Position numbers and translations under genes: made by a program
Assembly (NCBI GenBank): GCA_973895155.1
Contig: OZ316893.1
Coordinates: forward strand, 22,603,844 to 22,667,843
DNA from: Marsupella aquatica
Lineage: Eukaryota; Plantae; Marchantiophyta
Direction of reading: 5' to 3'
Length of the DNA stretch: 64,000 nucleotides
The notes under the pieces: generated by a model
What the model saw: the letters and a program-made list of their open reading frames with translations, nothing else
The model's database searches: none
Told to the model about the DNA's origin: nothing
Part shown: piece by piece, positions 25,235 through 41,816 of the stretch
Layout: each line of letters starts with the position of its first letter
Position numbering within the stretch: position 1 is the first letter of the stretch

Positions 25235-25452
25235 TTTGGTCTTTTGAGAGGACCTTTTTGTGGTGCAATCTAAAAAGCTATGTTAGCAGAGATCTAATAT
25301 ATGGACTAAGTAATGTTTTTGTGTGTTTCTGTGTTTCATGGATATGTTGTTCTTTCTGCATGGGACCGTTCGCCATACGCATCCTCTTCTCATTGAGAAT
25401 TGACTAACATTTTGGAGATCTACAAAGTAATTCAAGTTTTGTTCTTTTTTCG
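25235..25452 (+). repeat. Second copy of the ~230-bp repeat
   Basis: Matches 22930-23170. Confidence 0.8.
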
Positions 25453-25599
25453 GGGTTTTTGAAAGTCGGGCTTCTAATGACTTTCAACCCATACGGATTT
25501 TTTGCTTTATTCACTTCTCATCTGAGGATCTGATCTAACTAGTTTTATCCAGAGGGCTCAATTTGAGACCATGACAGGAGGGCTTCGAGTGACTCTCAA

Positions 25600-28060
25600 G
25601 CCAAAAGGATTTTTAGCTTTATTCACTTTTCATGTAAGGATCTGATCTAACTAATTTTAATTGTGCACTTACTAATTTTAGTGACAATGCAATTGACAGC
25701 CGGCCCATGGGTTTCTCACTATCCATGAATGCCCTGTGTGAAATTCTTCTCGGTGAAGGTCTTTCGATCACACGGCCCTCAAATCCAGAGGGCGCAAAGG
25801 TAATAGGAACAGACTCGGAGTCGAGTTCTACCGCTCCCACTGGCAGCACCATGTTCTCACCAGCCAGCCAGTTCGACTGCACTGCAAAAGTTTCCAAAAA
25901 ATTCCGGAAGGGCATAAACCACCATTGTCCGATTTTTCAAAACCTTGTGAATCCAGATCACCATGTAGTCAATAATGTCCTCCGCTTTCCTCTGTTACCT
26001 CCTTCACCACTATCTCAATGGCCTTGGAGACCAAGTCAAGGGAAAGCGTGGAGCTAGGTGGGTAGGGGCTCTTCCGTTTCCCGAGACTCAAGGCCTCACT
26101 CCTCTTGGCCCTAGTTTCAAAGATCCCCACCTGACTCCGTAGTTCTCCAACCTGGGCTCTCAATTTTTCCAACTCTCCTGAGTTTTGCTCCTCCTTGGCC
26201 AATGCTTCTCTCAACACTCCTACTTCCTCCGCTTCTTTGGCCTTGGTAGACAAGGCCCCCTAGCTTCAAGTGAGAGATCTCATCGTGAGCCGCATGGAGA
26301 AGCTTAGCCTTCTCTTGTATGGCCTCCTCCTTGGCTTTGATCACCTCCTTCATAGACGTGGCACTCTGTTGCAATGTCTCCACCGTTGTGTTGGCTTGCT
26401 TGAGTGCATCCCTCAATGTGTGGCCTAGGTTGAGACCCTCGTGGACTCCTTCCCCAAAATCCCATAATTTTGCCAAATACACCTAAGGAATATCGTAGAC
26501 AAGGGGCTCATCCGGATTCCCCACAAGCGATTCAAGCCATTCCAATATGCTATCATCATCTTGGATCTCTTCCTCAATTTGACTATCTCCCGTTCTAGCT
26601 GACAACGCTGGCCTCTCCGTTAGTTTTCCCAAGATGGTAGTGGCAATGCTTCGGATATCGGTGGTAAGAGATGACCCAGCTTCTTCAGGTCCCGGGCCCT
26701 GGGACCTCAGTCTTAACTAATACATGGAGGACGTGCAAACGCTTGAAGGGTAGTTTTTATTCATTTTGAACTAATAATTATAATTATTACCGGTAATAAG
26801 CTCGGGGGTCTCACTATATGGGGACCTCCCCATCGACTGCGATGTTTTTAGGGCTCGGACCCCCTAAAATGTAAGAATTTATTATTATTTTTTAACCCCT
26901 ATAAATTTGGAATATTCTTGGAATATTCTAAAAATTGGATTAAAAAGGCCCTAATGTTCTTATAAGTCTCAAAATTGAATTTCAAAGACCCTATTGTTCT
27001 TCTACAAAAATTCTTAAGTCTTCCTTTAGAACCAATAAAATGACCCTATCCTTCGTCGCATGTGATATGCCATTTTTGTGGAAGTGAAACCCCCGAGGTA
27101 ATAAGGGTACTTTTAATGGTAAAATGAAAATAATATGAGGTAAACACAAAAAGGGCCCAATCGCAGGGGGTCCACTTCTTTTATATAGAGTGAGGGCCCA
27201 GGGGTCCCGGGGCGACAATAAATCCTTTAGCTCTGGCCAACAAGAATGACCCCATCAAATGTAAAGCTCCGCCCGGTTTCAGACTCCTGGGATTAGCGGC
27301 CAATACCTTCGTCAATCCGTAGTACCACCATCCGTAAATATGAGCTGGATTCTTCTTGATGTCCATTGCAACTACAAAATGCTCTCCATTCACCACTCCG
27401 GATTGCCCAAATGTTACTAAGGACCCGTTGATGAACCTTGGCTAGAAATCCCTACAAGTGCACTGCATCCTTGACGACTGAGAGATGAATGGCAGTGGTG
27501 GAGGTGGGATTATTCACCCAACAGGCCACCATTGCCAACGTGAGATCCCCTACGATGTTCCGAGAGGTGAATGAGAGCTGTTGGTTCTCTAGAAACGTAC
27601 AAGAGCTTAGCTAATTCAGCATGAGGCACCAACCGCTGAATGCATTCAAAATAGATCCCCTCCGTACGCAATTCTATCCCAGCCTCAAGGTCCCGACTCT
27701 TCCCCGGAGGAATCCTAATCTTCACTCTCATGAAATTTGTGAGTCCGGTGGCTTGAAACATAGCCTTGCACAATCCTCCATCACCCTGGTAGAGGTCTTG
27801 GGGTAAATTTGATGGAAAACTTTCCTCATTAATAACTGGTGTGGTGCTTGCTGGTGGTTCAATGCTCATTGTTGCCCTGCTTCCTCCTCTCTCCTTCTCA
27901 ATCAATGACGCAATGTAAGTCCGGTATGCCGCCTTGTATCTACGAACGCGAGCTGCACTGAACTCCGGCTGATCAAGCATCCATACTCCCACAAAATTCC
28001 TTGATCGTAAAATCCCATCAAGCAAAATCCCGTCACCCGTATCTTGTAGCAAATTTCAAA
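25600..28060 (-). pseudogene. Degenerate TE accessory-type gene (unknown N-terminal region plus coiled coil)
   Basis: Same-strand ORF fragments 27510-28052, 27181-27396, 26117-26482 and 25969-26253, the last two with E/K/L heptad character. Broken by stops and frameshifts. Confidence 0.4.
26799..27022 (+). repeat. ~220-bp repeat, inverted copy at 30920-31132
   Basis: agctcgggggtctcactatatg...aattcttaagtctt is the approximate reverse complement of aagacttaagaatt...catatagtgagacccccgagct. Confidence 0.8.
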
Positions 28061-28299
28061 TCCTGGCCCAAAACAGCCCCCGTAACTCGATTAAACACCA
28101 TCAATCAAACCCCAGGAAAAACCCATCGCAAAGGGCTCAAGATCACGTCACAAAAGCGTCGGATGAGTTCAAGGTGACCGGGTAACCGCGAGGGGATCAC
28201 CCAAGTGCTCACAAAAAAATGGAGGAAAAAAATGTGAAATGCTTTCGACAATGTAGTTTCGTATGCGCGGAGGGAGAGAAAAAAACCAAAAAACTACTT

Positions 28300-28795
28300 A
28301 CTCCCGGCCGCCTCCTTCCTCGCGGCTTTCTACTCCTGGGAGTTTTTACTCCAGGCACGCGGCCCTATGGAGGGCATGCGCTGCCTCGCGCTCACGCTCG
28401 CCCTCCTTGCTCCCGGCTCCCGAGAGCCTTTAATGCCCTCCTTCTGCCTTGCGGTATCCTCCGGCTTGCGGCCCTATGCAGGGCTCGCTCGCCCTCGCCC
28501 CGGCTCTTGGGGGATTTAATTCCCCCCTTTACCCACCCCTCTACCTCACATCCGGGCGCCTCTCGGCTCGCACTCCGCCTTGCACCCCGCGCCCCTTCTT
28601 GCCGCGGCTGCCCTTATGGCCCGGCTTGCAGCCCGACCGCCACGCAGTTGCCTTCACGGCTCAAGACCCTATTCAGGGCTCGCTCACCTTGCCTTGTCTC
28701 TCCCTGGCTTGCGGCCCTATGCAGGGCTTGTTCGCCTTGCCCCAGCTCGCCACGCGCCTCAGCTCTCGCCTTGCGCTTCTCCTCGGTTGCCTTAC
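28300..28795 (+). repeat. GC-rich degenerate repeats
   Basis: ggcttgcggccctatgcagggct at ~28463 and ~28706, with variants at ~28360 and ~28665. Confidence 0.6.
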
Positions 28796-30919
28796 TCAAT
28801 TTTTTATTTTTTCCCTCCCCTAAACTGCTATTGGGGTCTCAAAAATGGCCAAAGAGTAATGGGGAGTCCCCCAAGGCTGGCCCTTCTATTTTTAAGGGCC
28901 TAACATATTTGCCTGCTAGGTCGCCGTAAATGTTAGAACTATTAGGGGATAAAAATAAATAAAGTCCTCTGTGGCATCACCAACTTATAATGATAGAATT
29001 AACTTGCAAAATTAAAAAAATGCTTATTTACAATGGCTATTAACAAGGCACACGACTCCGTAACCAATTATTTGTTTACAACCGTCACAGCCATGAGTAA
29101 ACATCTAAATTTGATTGAGAAGTTATCAATTTGACAATCTAGAAATTCTTGTGTGACAAGTTACCAATTCAAGCATTCTAGTACCGTTGCCACTTGTTGA
29201 CCCGAAAGGATTCTTGGTTTGATAATTAGATCTCCATTCCAATTTCTAGTTAATGTAGAATGTCTATTCTAATTTGGCTTTGTTTTAAGCTCTGTTCCAT
29301 TCTGAATCTTATAAAGCCAGGGTTCTGTTGATCTACTGGAGATCATCATTTTGCATCATCTTCTATCATAAGCCAATTGAAAGGACATTCTTACTAGTCA
29401 TTTTCCATACCTTTCTTTAATTGTTAGTTTTATTCATTGATTACCATCAATCCTCTAGAGAGAGAACTCCTTGGCAAGGTTATGCCCAATTAACATCATA
29501 TTTGTTATTTTCAGTACCAATTCACTTTTCATTAACTCTTCAAGGGAATGAATTCAGGTCTTTAGATGTTAAAGTGCTATTTAACAATCTACCCACTCTA
29601 CCATACAATGTGTAAGCAAAAACTGTCAAAAAACTCAATTCCTCCACATTCAACCTTCCGTTTGATAAACCATAGAGATCATCTCAACCAGATTGACCTC
29701 CACCATCTTTTGGGCATTGGTTTTTGTACGAGCACACACTAAGACCACCGAGAGACTCAAAACCATCGGTTATCGCCGTGCTGAAAATTGACTTCACTTC
29801 ATATATCACACACACATTCCTTGGATGAACATGGGGATCTACAGATTAATTGATTTGAGAGTCATTGAGGCAAGTGAGAATCTGTACCTTATGTGCACTA
29901 TTTTCAAGACTTGTGTACTTGTACTTTTCCTGGTCATTATGTAACATGTATTTTTATTTAGGAAATGTTGTATTTTTCTCAATCATTCAATCCTATCAAA
30001 TACTATGCAATAGTCATTTACATATCACTACAAGACAAAAAATGAAGCATGTTACTGGATGAACATGCTATAATCAGGCAGTCTAGAATCTCTAGCTAAC
30101 AAATGTAAACCCTTTTTGGTTGGCTGTCTCACAAATTTTCAAAGTCTATCTGATTGCGTTTCACTATTTACTTAGATCTATTTACACTATAATTTCATTG
30201 ACATCAAAGTTTCATGATCATAATCTACTCCTTCAGAGTGAAGCCATCCCAGTAAGTTCTTGGCTGACATTTTTTTGGGTTCATACTAGGTTCATTATAT
30301 ATCAGCTCCTTGAATGTAAACAGAGACGAGTCAGACCAAAACTTATCTTGCAAAAATTAATCATTTCATGTTCATCTTTGCTCCTAAATAGATCGAGATG
30401 AGACAGACAAAAAACAAATTCTTATCATTTCACGTTCATTATTTTGTGAACTCATCTCTTTGCCCCACTAATTTGGTTAAGACATTGGATGTGACCCTTT
30501 AGCTTTTGTCAAATGCATATTCCAATTCTCTTTTATTCATCTTTTTTAGGTTTACACTTGCTTTTCTTTTTCTGGTTAGGTGTATGTCCACTTTGGAACT
30601 CTTTTTCTTTCCTTTCTTTTTACTTTGTTTTTCCCTGAATTATACATTTTAGTGAGTTTTTCTTTGTGGATGAACTAACTTTCAGTTATCCCCTTAGAGG
30701 CATGGTCTAGACTGAGGTACTCTAAATAATAGCCCTTTAGCTAGAGTAGGTTTTGATGGCGCTTATTAGTACTACGTTTTAGACTATCTTAGTACTATAA
30801 AAACGCCAACTGAAGTCTACTTTGAAGAGCCTAGAGTGAAGCCTCTAGACCGCTCAGGGTCCACAAAAATGGCACATCACGTGCGACAAAGGATAAGGTT
30901 CTTTCATTGGTTCGAATGA

Positions 30920-31132
30920 AAGACTTAAGAATTTTTTCAGAAGAACAATAGTGTTTCTAAAATTCAATTTTGAGAATTATAAGAATATTAGGGTCTTTCT
31001 AACCAATTTCTTGGAATATTCCAACTTTATAGGGGTTGAAAAATAAATTTTCTTTTCTTACATTTTAGGGGGTCCCAGACCTAGAAACATCGCAGGTGAT
31101 TGGGAGACATTCATATAGTGAGACCCCCGAGC
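30920..31132 (-). repeat. Inverted copy of 26799-27022
   Basis: Compared base by base with the reverse complement of 26799-27022. Confidence 0.8.
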
Positions 31133-31961
31133 TAGATCGTAACTCACAATAAAGAGAAAACTGATGATAATGTTCATTAAGATCAAAATTTTAAATGAGG
31201 ATGAAGAAAAGTGACATTGACTTTAAATAAAGACAAAACTGAAATGAGAATGCCCAAAAAAACAAGGATGGGGGAAAGACTAACCAAAATAGCATGTAAA
31301 TTTTATTGTGCAAGATTTCTCTTTATATCTACTAGCCCGACTACCTGTTCATACGTGAATAGCAGGGAGGACAATAAAAATGTGGGTAAAAATGTCCCCA
31401 AAATATATTCCTTATTCATAGTCTTTGAAGGATAATGAAATGATAAAAAAAATTATCATGCATGTCATCAATTTAATAATCATAATAAAACCATGACAAA
31501 AAGCATGCTGCATGCTTATAGTTTGACATATGTCATGGTGTGTTTTCCATCCACATGATGAGCCATGGAGATACTCTCTAGAAGCTTCACTCAAGAAACC
31601 TAGGCCCCAACTCTAGCTTGTAGTTGGCAGATTTATGTTCAAGGAACGGGGCTAGTGCTTGACTGAGTAAGCACGAGCATAGGAAATCCGGGTGCTACTG
31701 TGGGAAAGCACTGGTATTGGGCTAATTTGCTGGACTTCGTTCAATTATTGTGATGGAGCCTAAAAATGGCCCAGAACTTACTCTCGGAAACATCTTGGAA
31801 ATATTGTACACCATATTTTGGTAAGTGGTCAGCCTACTGTGATTACAAACTTACCTTTGGTGGGGGCCAGATACAAGATCGAGGGCACTCTTACAATACC
31901 CCACATGCACGAGTCTGTTGCTCCATTTATACATGGCCCCCTGGCTCTAGTGCGGGCTCTA

Positions 31962-32085
31962 GTGTTGGTCACACAGAATAGCTTTGGCTTGAAGTCAATC
32001 CGAGCCCGTGTTGGTCACATTAGAGATAGCTTTGGCCTAAAGACAATAATCCCACCCCGTGTTGGTCACACAGAAATAGCTTCAG
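31962..32085 (+). repeat. Three tandem ~48-bp units
   Basis: gtgttggtcaca...atagctt(t/c) occurs three times. Confidence 0.75.
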
Positions 32086-33014
32086 CCCAACCTATCATTC
32101 CCGTCCCGAGTATTGGCCCCACCCTAGAGTCACACAGTTTATTTATTTACTTAAATTTTAGAGCAAAGGTGCAGTGCCATAAGCAAAGTTCTGATCAGAT
32201 ATCCATCTAAACGTTTTAACTCGGATCCCCGCTCGGATCCCAGACTGTTATTCGTGTGACTGTTCAACTTTTTGACTCTGAAGCCGTCACATTACTCAGA
32301 TTCAATGCAAACTTTGAAATAGTATCTGTCTGAACAGAAAGTTTATGAGGGGGGTCCCATCCTAACCCTTAGTTGGGCAAGAAGATAGAAGCACACAGTC
32401 TAGAGTCTTTAATCTAGGAATAGGCCTCGGATTATAGAGTGCACATAGAACTATGTGAGAGCGCCATCCTTAAAAGGCCAAGAAAGACAAGTGTATTGTA
32501 ACTTTTGACTCAGTGCCTTTTGCGTTTCCTGGCTCGGTTTTGAAATCTTCTCTTTACAGTGGGCGCCAAGCTGGGTTCAGTCTCGAGCTCCGCCCGTGGT
32601 TTCATTCGTTCCATAACAATTCATTGCCGATGCGCGTTCACACGCAGTTCCGGGCCGGGGTTGATCACAACCCGTAGAAGAATTTATGGATCGTCCGTGT
32701 TGAATATTTCGATCACGTCACTATAACTTTTTGCCTTGAAAAATCATATTGAATTCCATCCAAAAGACAATATACTAGTCAGTCACTAGAACTTGCTTTG
32801 AGTACTTTCAAGCATACGTGATCCCATTCATGCAAGTAGACTATACACTAGACTTCCTTTCCAGAGTAAAGACTTCCTTTCCAGAGTAAGTCTACGAGAA
32901 AACCTCCATGACTATGAAAACTACGGTGATTGACCGTGACGACAGCCGGGCCCCCCGTCATCGAGCTTCTCCAGTCCCCTTCCCGGTCCCCTTCTGCCAC
33001 ACTTGCGCCACTCG

Positions 33015-33527
33015 GTTGGCGCCCACCTTCCGGTATGTCGGCGAGCATATACACACACGGCAACGAATGCAGGAAAAACGTTTTGATTTCTGCACGGCCC
33101 GGCCAGAACCCATTCCGAACCTGAATCGCAGCCAATTCAACGTGCGGTGGGTCATTCCAGCTACAGTACAGCAGAGCATTCGTCGGACTTCACAACTTAC
33201 CTGGACCTGGACCAAGTTTACAGATGATCGCCAAATCTAGGTACTTCATTCTGCTTTAGTTCTCTACACTGACAAATACATTCCGGTCGCGCCCACCTTC
33301 CGGTGTGTCGGCGAGCATACACACGGAAAACGAGAGCCAACGAAACGTATAAGTTCTGCACGTCCCGGCCCATTGCCAAATCCCAAATTCCAGCCAACCT
33401 GCGGTGGGTCATTCGCAAAATTTCGTCAGACTTCAAAACTCACCTGAAGCTGGACTAATTTCACAGATGATCGTCAAATCTACGTACTTCGATCTAGTTC
33501 TCTAGACTCACACATGTGTTCCCGGTT
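33015..33527 (+). repeat. Diverged tandem duplication (~270 bp plus ~240 bp) in the peroxidase upstream region
   Basis: gcgcccaccttccggt.tgtcggcgagcata, tgcggtgggtcattc and cagatgatcg.caaatcta.gtacttc each occur twice in the same order. Confidence 0.85.
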
Positions 33528-33790
33528 GAAAGTCATTGGGACTTCAGATCGAGTTGCGCACCTTAATTGGGAGCCGCGTTGTTGGGTCCATTCAAATTGC
33601 TGAATTGCTAATATAGTGTTGGGGACCGCGGAAAGGTTATACGAGAGTTCTGATAGTGCTTTTGCCTCGATACCGGGCTTGGAGGTAAATCTAAGCAAGA
33701 AGAAGGAGCTCAATCTAAGCAAGAAGCAGGTTGCTTGATTAAGGATAGTATTTCAAAAGCAGCGAATTAAGTGTTGGATCTTAATTTGCC

Positions 33791-36255
<2,465 letters not shown>

Positions 36256-37261
36256 CACATATCGTACATGTCGATGGCCATGAAGGGAAATAGTGGCATA
36301 GATTGACACGTTATCCCTCAGCTAGTACTGACATACCACGCGGTAGTCCTTTTAACACACACAGATAGTGTAAGTGTTTCATTGAAGATTTTGTTCATAA
36401 TCTGAACGAGCCACCACTAATTCCTTCACAGGAGACTACAGGAAAATGGGGGGCTACAAGTGTAATTAATTAACTGGGGAACGGGCTCATTTTGTTAGCT
36501 GCAGGATGATCAAAATATATCCATTTCGTATCCAAATGGTTCCAATACCCAGTAAAGTGCTTGTCATTGGCAAGGATTGTAAACAAATGGTATTACTGGA
36601 ACAATGAGATCCCGCCATTCATTGTGGCATTGCGCAGTATTTTCTTTCTTTCTTTCTTTTCTTATCATAAGTGGACTTGGAAGAGAGAGCAGCTAAGAGA
36701 AAGAGGCTTGAAATGGAAACCATTAGTTACGCATGCACATGCACTCATATTAACGATCTAATTAGAGCACTCGATTGTCCACCAAGAGAGATTTTCCAGG
36801 GGATACTTGATTCTGATGCTGCATTATCTACCAACCAGTTGCGAACTTTAAGCATATATTAGATATAATTATAAATGTTTGGCATGCTTCTCGTAACTTC
36901 TGCCGCCAATGAGATTGGTTAACATTTCCGTGCTAAAGCGCTCAGCAACGCGTAGGTGTTGACGCTGACCAATGTTTCGGACTATCCGGATTGGGACGAC
37001 TGAGATCTGATTCGATACGCGGTTTGGCATGCAAGTTACTCAGCAGCGAGAGACCTTATTTTACAATTTAACAATTCTGATAGTAGGCTTCCGGACGATC
37101 CTGATTGGGACTACTTGTAGACTCACGAGATTCTACTCGGATAAGTCATAGTACGCTTCCCTTTGCTCCAGATTCCATGGCCACGAGGAAAGCTTATTTG
37201 GCTTGGTTGACACACAATGTAAAGTCGAAGACAACAGGGGCTCATTTTCTCCGGGCCCTTA

Positions 37262-39570
37262 GTATATAATGGCAATCAAAAACTAACTAAAGGACATAAC
37301 TTGAAAGTGTGGGTGCAGACCAAAAAAAAACAGGGATGGGGCAAAGGTGAATTGGAGATAGAGAAGAATCATTTTTCTGCAAAGTTTTTTGAAAACACAT
37401 ACTTTTTACATAAAAGTGCCAAATAGAGTACAAAAGAATAAGCAAGAGAGGTCCCAAGGGGACAAAACCAAACGCAAAAGAAGTGAGCAAAAGGAAACCC
37501 CAAACAACCAAGAAAGAGGAACTAAAACTACCGCAAATGGACCGAGGTCCTCATCATTCCTAGCAAATGTGGCAAAAAGCTAATGGTCTACATCAAGTGT
37601 TGAAACTAAATTGGAAAGTGGGATTGGAATGTCCTCTAGGGGGGCTAGCCGCTGCGGAGTCACACTAGCACCCACTGTCAAAGATTGACGATAGATGGCC
37701 CGAGCTTGAGCACGCTGTAAGGTGACTGAAATGCGTTGGTGAAAGTGCATGGTCAAAACAGATAGTGGGGGTCCAGTGGGACCCATCCGGCCGTGAACAT
37801 CTCGAGCAACTTGGCGAAGAAGCCCATCGAACTGATGATGGAGACGCCCAAATATCTCAAGAGCAAGGGGCAGGAAGTTATCAGATGAAGCTCATGCAAC
37901 ATATTTGGCCTCCTTCGTTGTTGCTGCTCGTGATGCTGCTACCCCTGCCGTTGTTGCCGCTGTCCCAATGATGTCTTGGCGCAATGGGTTGGCCACCACT
38001 ACATCTGCCAAAGTACGTTGACCCTCACGGACCATGGTAAGATCCACCCGTAACCGCTGTGATGGAGGACCAGGTAACTCGAGCACCACCTCCCGCCGTG
38101 CGTAGACCAAAGAGCCAGAAAGAACCTGAGCAGTGGCATCTCTCACAGCGTCGTGAACAAAAATGGTTTCGCCGCCCAAACTACACCGAAGAAGATGGAC
38201 ACCTGTGGCATCACAAGGCTTCCCATAAGTGCAAGTAGGAGGTAAACCAACAAGAAGTGGGTGGGGCAAGCCCATACGAAGACGCATGGCTGTTGCAAAC
38301 TCCATTGAAGACATCTGTAGGTGAGGAATGATTGGATTGGCTTGAAGCCAGCCTCCTGCGCCCTTCCCTTCGGAAGAAAGAATCCGAGCTCGGTCCGTGT
38401 CAGGTGCCTCAGTGAGGATGCTGGAGAGGGTGAAAGCGTGCATACACCCAGCAAGGTTTGCCTGGAGACGGACGGGGTCCAAGGATAAAAACTCCTGAAA
38501 TGAAGGTAACGCAGCTCAAACAGGATCTGGTAATGATGACCGCACCGCGCGCAAATGAACCTGAAATGGGAGGGAACCCTCCCCTACCTCCATGAGAGAT
38601 GAGAGTAAAAAAGGTCGATCCACAATAAGGAAACGATCTGCCAACAATGAGAAGGCGGTCGCCCACGCGTCCAAAAAGGCCAAAGGTGCAAGGCGCTCAG
38701 TGGAAGTAAGCCCAAAACCACCGTGAGAAATAGGAAGACTGAGCTGTTGATGAAGCCACGGAGATGAGAGCAAAGTACCTGGCCCCAAAAGAGAGGCCAA
38801 AGTCTCACGAATGGAGACATCAAACGCTCGGAGGTGTAGATACAGATCCTCAGTAGGGGGATGTGTCCGAGCCAAATAGGACGCGCGAGGGTGGATGTAT
38901 CTCAACAACAACCCAAATCCTGTCTGAGAATCTCCTAACTTAGGGAGCATAGGAGGGCTAAGGCAGCCTGTATAGCGTCAGCAATGAAAGATGAGCAAAA
39001 GGAGGCGGTACCAACTGGGGAGCCAAGGACCCGAAGACTGTCGGTTGGACGTAAGAACCTAGGGAGAAGCACAAGATCAGAGGGTAACCCAGCTGGACTC
39101 CATGCACGACTCTTCACCAGCTGAACCCGTAAACCGAGGCCCAACAAATGGGTGAAAAGGGTGGCAAGGCCAGAAGTAACCGCAGCAGGTGGACCAATGA
39201 TGTGGGTGTCATCGGAAAGGGAGGGAAAGATACACTGGGGGTGGGCCGTGGAGGTTTCCCGTAAAGCAGTAAAATAGGCAATGGCAAAAAGAGGCCCACC
39301 CAAAGGGTCACCCTGACGTGTACCTTCTGCAGAAGAAAGATTGGTATACACTCCTGTAGAGGTGTAATGACTATAGAAGAGGGGGGCCTCGAGTCCATGA
39401 AAACAACGGACAAAGGGGATAAGGGACTGGATGTCTGGATCCGTTGCCCTCAAAGCACGAAAAATTGCTATCCGAGAAACTGTATTGAAAGCATTAGAGA
39501 CATCAACCTGGAGGACAACCCAATCAGGGTGGAAGTCCAAGATAGTACGAATACCTTTTTTTGTTCCCAC
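37262..39570 (-). mobile_element. 5'-truncated CRE-like retrotransposon of a second, diverged family
   Basis: DVSNAFNTVSR, QGDPLGGPLF, LSDDTHI, GGFGL, C..G...D..G.HLLRC, RVDL..DVVVANP across frameshifted ORFs. Short AT tail near 37265. Confidence 0.85.
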
Positions 39571-41816
39571 CTTTATTTAAATTGAAGGAACAAGTAATCA
39601 GGCCAATACTTAATTGTTATATATCACAACTAGACAATGTTGTAATCGTCATTGATGAAGTGCGGTTGTTGCAGCTGTGTTGTCATATCTGGTTTTCATA
39701 GCGGCTCTGTCATAGATGGGGCAGCGTTGTGGTTGTTGAAGTCAATTGTTGTTTTACTGGGTGTTTTGTTGTTGCTGTACTTGCACCTGGGTGGTCATTG
39801 GGGTTGTGTTGTTGCTGGGGTAATGTCTGGACAATTAGAGCAATGCCCATGCATTTCACAATTCATTGAGCAAAGGTGACATTGTTGTGGAAATGTGGTC
39901 ATTGCGGATCTGGAGTCTTTGCACTGAAATTAAACAGGCAGCATAAAATAGGGCATGGAATGAAATGGATAAGGCCAGGAGAGTTGGGGCAAGAGATCAG
40001 GCAAGAGCAGGAGCAAGGCTGATCAAAATGTAGGGGAAGGTTGGGTGAGTCCAGTACAATTAGGACTCCCTTAAATTATCCCCTTTCCAATGTGTGCTTG
40101 TTTACTTGTAGGTTTGGAGCAAAATGACTCTCCAATTTGAAGTATCAAAAAGAACTCACAGCCAATTTCCCCTAGCCTCCTAGATTTCTTGAGCTACCTC
40201 CTCCCCCTTGCAAGTCTTCCCCCTATTTTTGTCCTTGGTTTTTTTGTTTCTTGTAGTTCCTTTCATCCCCCCACCCCCCAACTGCTCAAATCCTCCTTTT
40301 CCCTTTTTTCCTCCCTCTCCAGTCCCATGTTCTACTTTATTTCCCCTCGAAATATATTTTCCCCAACTTCACCCAGCTTTCGGATCATTCTTCCCTCCCT
40401 CGTCACCCAATTCCTTTAGGCCCGCACATGCTACCTGGCCACCTGCTGCCATGGGCAAAGGTCAATTGCCTTTCTTGGACTCTGTCCTATGCAATCCCAC
40501 CAAAACCGCTATACTATGTAATCCCACCAAAATTGGTCCATACTCTGTTTACAAATGGAGTTGTCGGTAGGAACCAATCTGACTAGGCCTATTTTCTAAC
40601 CATAGACCATAGCAGTGCCCCTAGACCTCTCCTAAAGCCTACTTCCTTGGACTGCCAGCCAGTGTGCAACAGTTTGCCTCCCTGGCCAACGCCTGTGCAG
40701 GAATGGGGAGGAGAGGCAGAGGAGGGGAGAGGGGGAAAAAGGGAATACCTCATGCCTCCTTCCTTGCCATCGCCTCCCTAGCTTTGTCCCTGCCCTGAAC
40801 AACCCCCCTCATCCCTCCCTTGCTCACCCTCTTCGCAAAGGTCAGCAACTAACTAGTTTTTTCTTCCACAACACTCCTGCATCAGCCACAATATCAACAA
40901 TACCCTTGACCCCACTCTCAACATTTTCCTTGTTTCCACAGCACTTTTGCATGAACCAGAACATCAACAATACCCCTGACCCCACCCTTGACAATTTCCT
41001 TGTCTCCACAACCCTCCTTTGTCTCTCCTTTGTCTCACCTGGAATTCTTTGCCTCGCCTCAACAATTTCTCTGCCAAAGATATTGGGTCCCTATATTATA
41101 GATGGAAAAGTATAAAGGTCCAATCTTTGGGTAGTTTCTTTGAAGGTGTGTGATGACTTTGGTGGAAACACTGGCAGGACCACCTAAACGCGTTCCAGGC
41201 TCTGTGCATGGACTGTAGCGAATTTCAGGACCTATATCCTGAATTGTTAGGAACAGTCGTAAAGATGAGAAGGTGCCTAAAAAGTCTACGTTCAATTCGT
41301 ATGATCCAATCGTACATACCCATCTGGCCCAAGTCATGACTTTTCCATCCCCGCACTCTGCTGTTTCCTATGGAAAAGCTCTCCCCACAGCTCGCGTCGG
41401 CCATAGATGCCAGCGTCATAGCAGTCGTCACTCCCCAAACACCGTGTTATGGAAAAAGCACTTAGAAAAACAAAAGCTAGTCTTCAACTCTAGCGCAAGG
41501 GATGCCTTGCATTGGTATAAAATTATGCATCTCTTCCACAACCACGGGAATTTAAGCTTCCGAGACCTCCTATCTGGATGGACTGGGGAAATTCTACCGT
41601 TTGAGCTGAATCTCCAGCATGAATCCGAATGCATCTCCGATTTACTAAGGATTACTTTCAGATCTCAGTTGCTGTAAAACCATGTTTGGAGGATTATCTC
41701 TGTAACCGTTACATGCGTCCGAATTCTCCACTGCTTGATCACGGATTGTTTTCATATCTCAGTTTCTGTAAAACTGTGTATGTCATAATCCGAACTCCTT
41801 TCTTTCATTCTTTCAG

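Noticed and set aside
28219-28929. 236-aa ORF
   Set aside because: Low-complexity translation of GC-rich repeats.
40300-40620. Similarity to ~59950-60030 and ~61945-62005
   Set aside because: Short diverged matches consistent with an ordinary old dispersed repeat; boundaries could not be defined.
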